Below, in pieces: positions 61,938 to 64,000 of a stretch of 64,000 nucleotides of DNA (position 1 is the stretch's first letter; each line of letters opens with the position of its first letter). The stretch is from NCBI GenBank assembly GCA_041659065.1, contig JBAZYY010000003.1, positions 20,696 through 84,695 of the forward strand, in the 5' to 3' direction. A program made the position numbers and the translations under genes. The notes under the pieces were generated by a model. That model was given only the letters and a program-made list of their open reading frames with translations. It was not told where the DNA came from and ran no database searches. Origin of the DNA: Parcubacteria group bacterium. Lineage in GTDB: Bacteria > Patescibacteriota > Minisyncoccia > Moranbacterales > UBA11712.

Positions 61938-62903
61938 ATGAAAATAAAAGAAATCTACAAGCTGGCTATAAAAATGGGGATTGAATCCGATTTGCGCGGC
62001 AAAGATTTTGTTTTGAAACAATTAAAAAAAACAAAGGAGAAATATGAAAAGCTGTCCAAGGAAGAAAAAGCTGAATTTGACGAGGAAAAATTACACAATC
62101 CTTATTCAGACTCAAGGATTTTGACCGGTGATCCAAATAAGGAAATTAAAAGAATAATGGTCGGAATTGATATCGACCCGGCGGAATTAATGATGGCTCG
62201 TTATTTGAGTGACAAGGGCCAGGAGATTGATTTGGTCATGGGGCATCATCCGATTGGCAGCGCGCTTAACGATATCGCCGGAGTAATGCACTTGCAAGCG
62301 GATATTTTGGCGCAATACGGTGTGCCTATCAATATTGCCGAGGCCGTGATGCTGCCGAGAATTACGGAAATATCCCAAGGAATTTTTCAAGCCTATAACT
62401 ATGACCGACCGGTCCAAGCCGCCAAACTTTTGGGGTTTCCGCTGATGTGTATCCATACCCCGGCCGATAACTTGGTGGCTAATCATATAGAGAAAATAAT
62501 CAAGAAAGAGAAGCCTGATACGGTTGGAGAAGTGCTTAAGGTTCTGAATGATATTTCGGAGTATAAAGAAGCGATAAAATACAAAGCGGGCCCGCAAATT
62601 GTAGTCGGCCGGAAAGAAGCTCGATCCGGTAAGATTGCTGTAGATTTTACTGGGGGTACGAACGGCGCTAAAGAAATATTTAAGCATTCATCTCACGCTG
62701 GTATTGGAACCGTTATTAGTATGCACATGCGGGAGGAATGGCGCAAAGAAGCGGAAAAACATCATATCAATGTAATCATTTGCGGAGACACCCAATCCGA
62801 CTCAATCGGGATGAATCTTTTTCTTGATGAGCTTGAAAAGAAAGGGATTGATATCATTCCTTTTTCAGGTCTAATGCGAGTTAAGAGGTTCAAGAAAAAA
62901 TAA
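61938..62903 (+). CDS. NIF3-like protein
   Basis: NPYSDSR, GIDI, HHP, HTPADN, MH, SDSIG. Confidence 0.82.
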   Translation: MKIKEIYKLAIKMGIESDLRGKDFVLKQLKKTKEKYEKLSKEEKAEFDEEKLHNPYSDSRILTGDPNKEIKRIMVGIDIDPAELMMARYLSDKGQEIDLVMGHHPIGSALNDIAGVMHLQADILAQYGVPINIAEAVMLPRITEISQGIFQAYNYDRPVQAAKLLGFPLMCIHTPADNLVANHIEKIIKKEKPDTVGEVLKVLNDISEYKEAIKYKAGPQIVVGRKEARSGKIAVDFTGGTNGAKEIFKHSSHAGIGTVISMHMREEWRKEAEKHHINVIICGDTQSDSIGMNLFLDELEKKGIDIIPFSGLMRVKRFKKK

Positions 62904-62944
62904 TTAACAAACAATGGCGGGAGTTGAGCTCCCGTCGTAAGATT

Positions 62945-64000
62945 ATGCATTATAAAAAAACTGTCTTAAAAAATGGTTTGCGGCTGGTTACCGCGCCGAT
63001 GAAAGATACAAACACAGTGACGGTGATAGTGTCGGCGGGGGTGGGGTCAAAATATGAGAACAAGGAAAATAATGGAATCTCACACTTCCTCGAACACATG
63101 TTTTTCAAAGGAACCAAAAAGCGCCCGAAGTCAAAAGATATTTCGGGAGCCTTGGACGCAGTGGGCGGAGAATACAACGCTTTTACCGGTAAGGAACAGA
63201 CGGCGTATTATGCTAAGGTTGACGCGAAGCACTTAGATCTCGCGCTTGACGTGGTGAGCGATATTTATCTCAACTCCAAGATTGACGGGAAAGAGATAGA
63301 GAAAGAGAGAGGAGTAATTTTGCAGGAGATAAATATGTACGAGGATACGCCGGCGATTCAAGCCAGTGATGTGTTTGAGGAGCTGCTCTACGGCGATCAG
63401 CCGGCGGGTTGGGAGATAATCGGAACGAAAGGAAACGTTTCCAAGATTAAGCGGGCGGATTTTTTGAAGCACCTCAAAAATTTCTACACGGCTCCAAATA
63501 CGGTTGTGTGCGTTGCCGGAAATATTGACGAGGACGAGGTTATAAGCAAAGCAAGAAAAATATTTGCCCGAATGCGGAAAGATGAGAGAAAGGGCAAGGC
63601 TGCCATCAGCGAAAGCCAGAAAGAGCCGCAGATTCGAATCAAGCGCAAAAAAACCGACCAAACCCATCTGGTCTTGGGAGTTCGGGCTTACAATATGTTC
63701 CATCCGGATCGTTACGCGCTTTCTCTGCTGGCCAACATTTTGGGCGGCAGCATGAGCAGCCGGCTATTTCTTTCTATCCGGGAGAAACTGGGCCTGGCGT
63801 ACTACATCGGCGCGAGTTATGAAAGCTACACGGATTCCGGTTATTTGTCAGTGAGGGCCGGCGTGGACACTGACCCGAAAAAAATCGAAAAGGCAGTCAA
63901 GACAATAATCGCCGAAATCAAGAGAATACGAGAGCGAAAAGTCGGGAAACAGGAGCTCCAAAAAGCCAAGGATAATTATCGTGGCAGAACGGCACTCGCC
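62945..64000 (+). CDS. M16 (pitrilysin) peptidase, runs off window end
   Basis: MHYKKTVLKNGL...GISHFLEHMFFKGT (HxxEH), NAFT, ERGVILQE. Confidence 0.92.
   Translation, partial: MHYKKTVLKNGLRLVTAPMKDTNTVTVIVSAGVGSKYENKENNGISHFLEHMFFKGTKKRPKSKDISGALDAVGGEYNAFTGKEQTAYYAKVDAKHLDLALDVVSDIYLNSKIDGKEIEKERGVILQEINMYEDTPAIQASDVFEELLYGDQPAGWEIIGTKGNVSKIKRADFLKHLKNFYTAPNTVVCVAGNIDEDEVISKARKIFARMRKDERKGKAAISESQKEPQIRIKRKKTDQTHLVLGVRAYNMFHPDRYALSLLANILGGSMSSRLFLSIREKLGLAYYIGASYESYTDSGYLSVRAGVDTDPKKIEKAVKTIIAEIKRIRERKVGKQELQKAKDNYRGRTALA

Overview
Bacterial chromosomal window, standard genetic code. Gene content and style suggest a Patescibacteria/CPR (Parcubacteria-like) genome; this is an inference. Three zones. 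(1) 0.2-19.9 kb: a minus-strand run of small accessory genes. From 6 to 19.3 kb it is punctuated by seven same-orientation copies of a double-palindrome/promoter-like repeat and by 3'-end remnants of a small AbrB/MazE-like gene, which together suggest a cassette-like array with no integron integrase. (2) ~20.0-41.6 kb: an island at the 3' end of a tRNA-Asn(GTT) gene. It carries a Schlafen/AlbA_2 plus large nuclease-solenoid pair, a type I R-M operon with three embedded extra genes, a ParB-methylase / small + large terminase / serine recombinase module with no capsid genes, a predicted pseudoknotted RNA leader and an Mrr/NucS-like nuclease. The tRNA-Asn is split by a 237-nt group I intron at 35/36. 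Two mini GIY-YIG genes are each bracketed by duplicated tRNA ends and REP-like hairpins. (3) 42.5-64 kb: core-like genes (SpoIID-like, S8 peptidase, TrmB, GT4, ileS, recO, tgt, U32 peptidase, T-box + glyQS, NIF3-like, M16 peptidase) with scattered heptamer-repeat insertions. All calls are by eye from motifs; no database searches were run.
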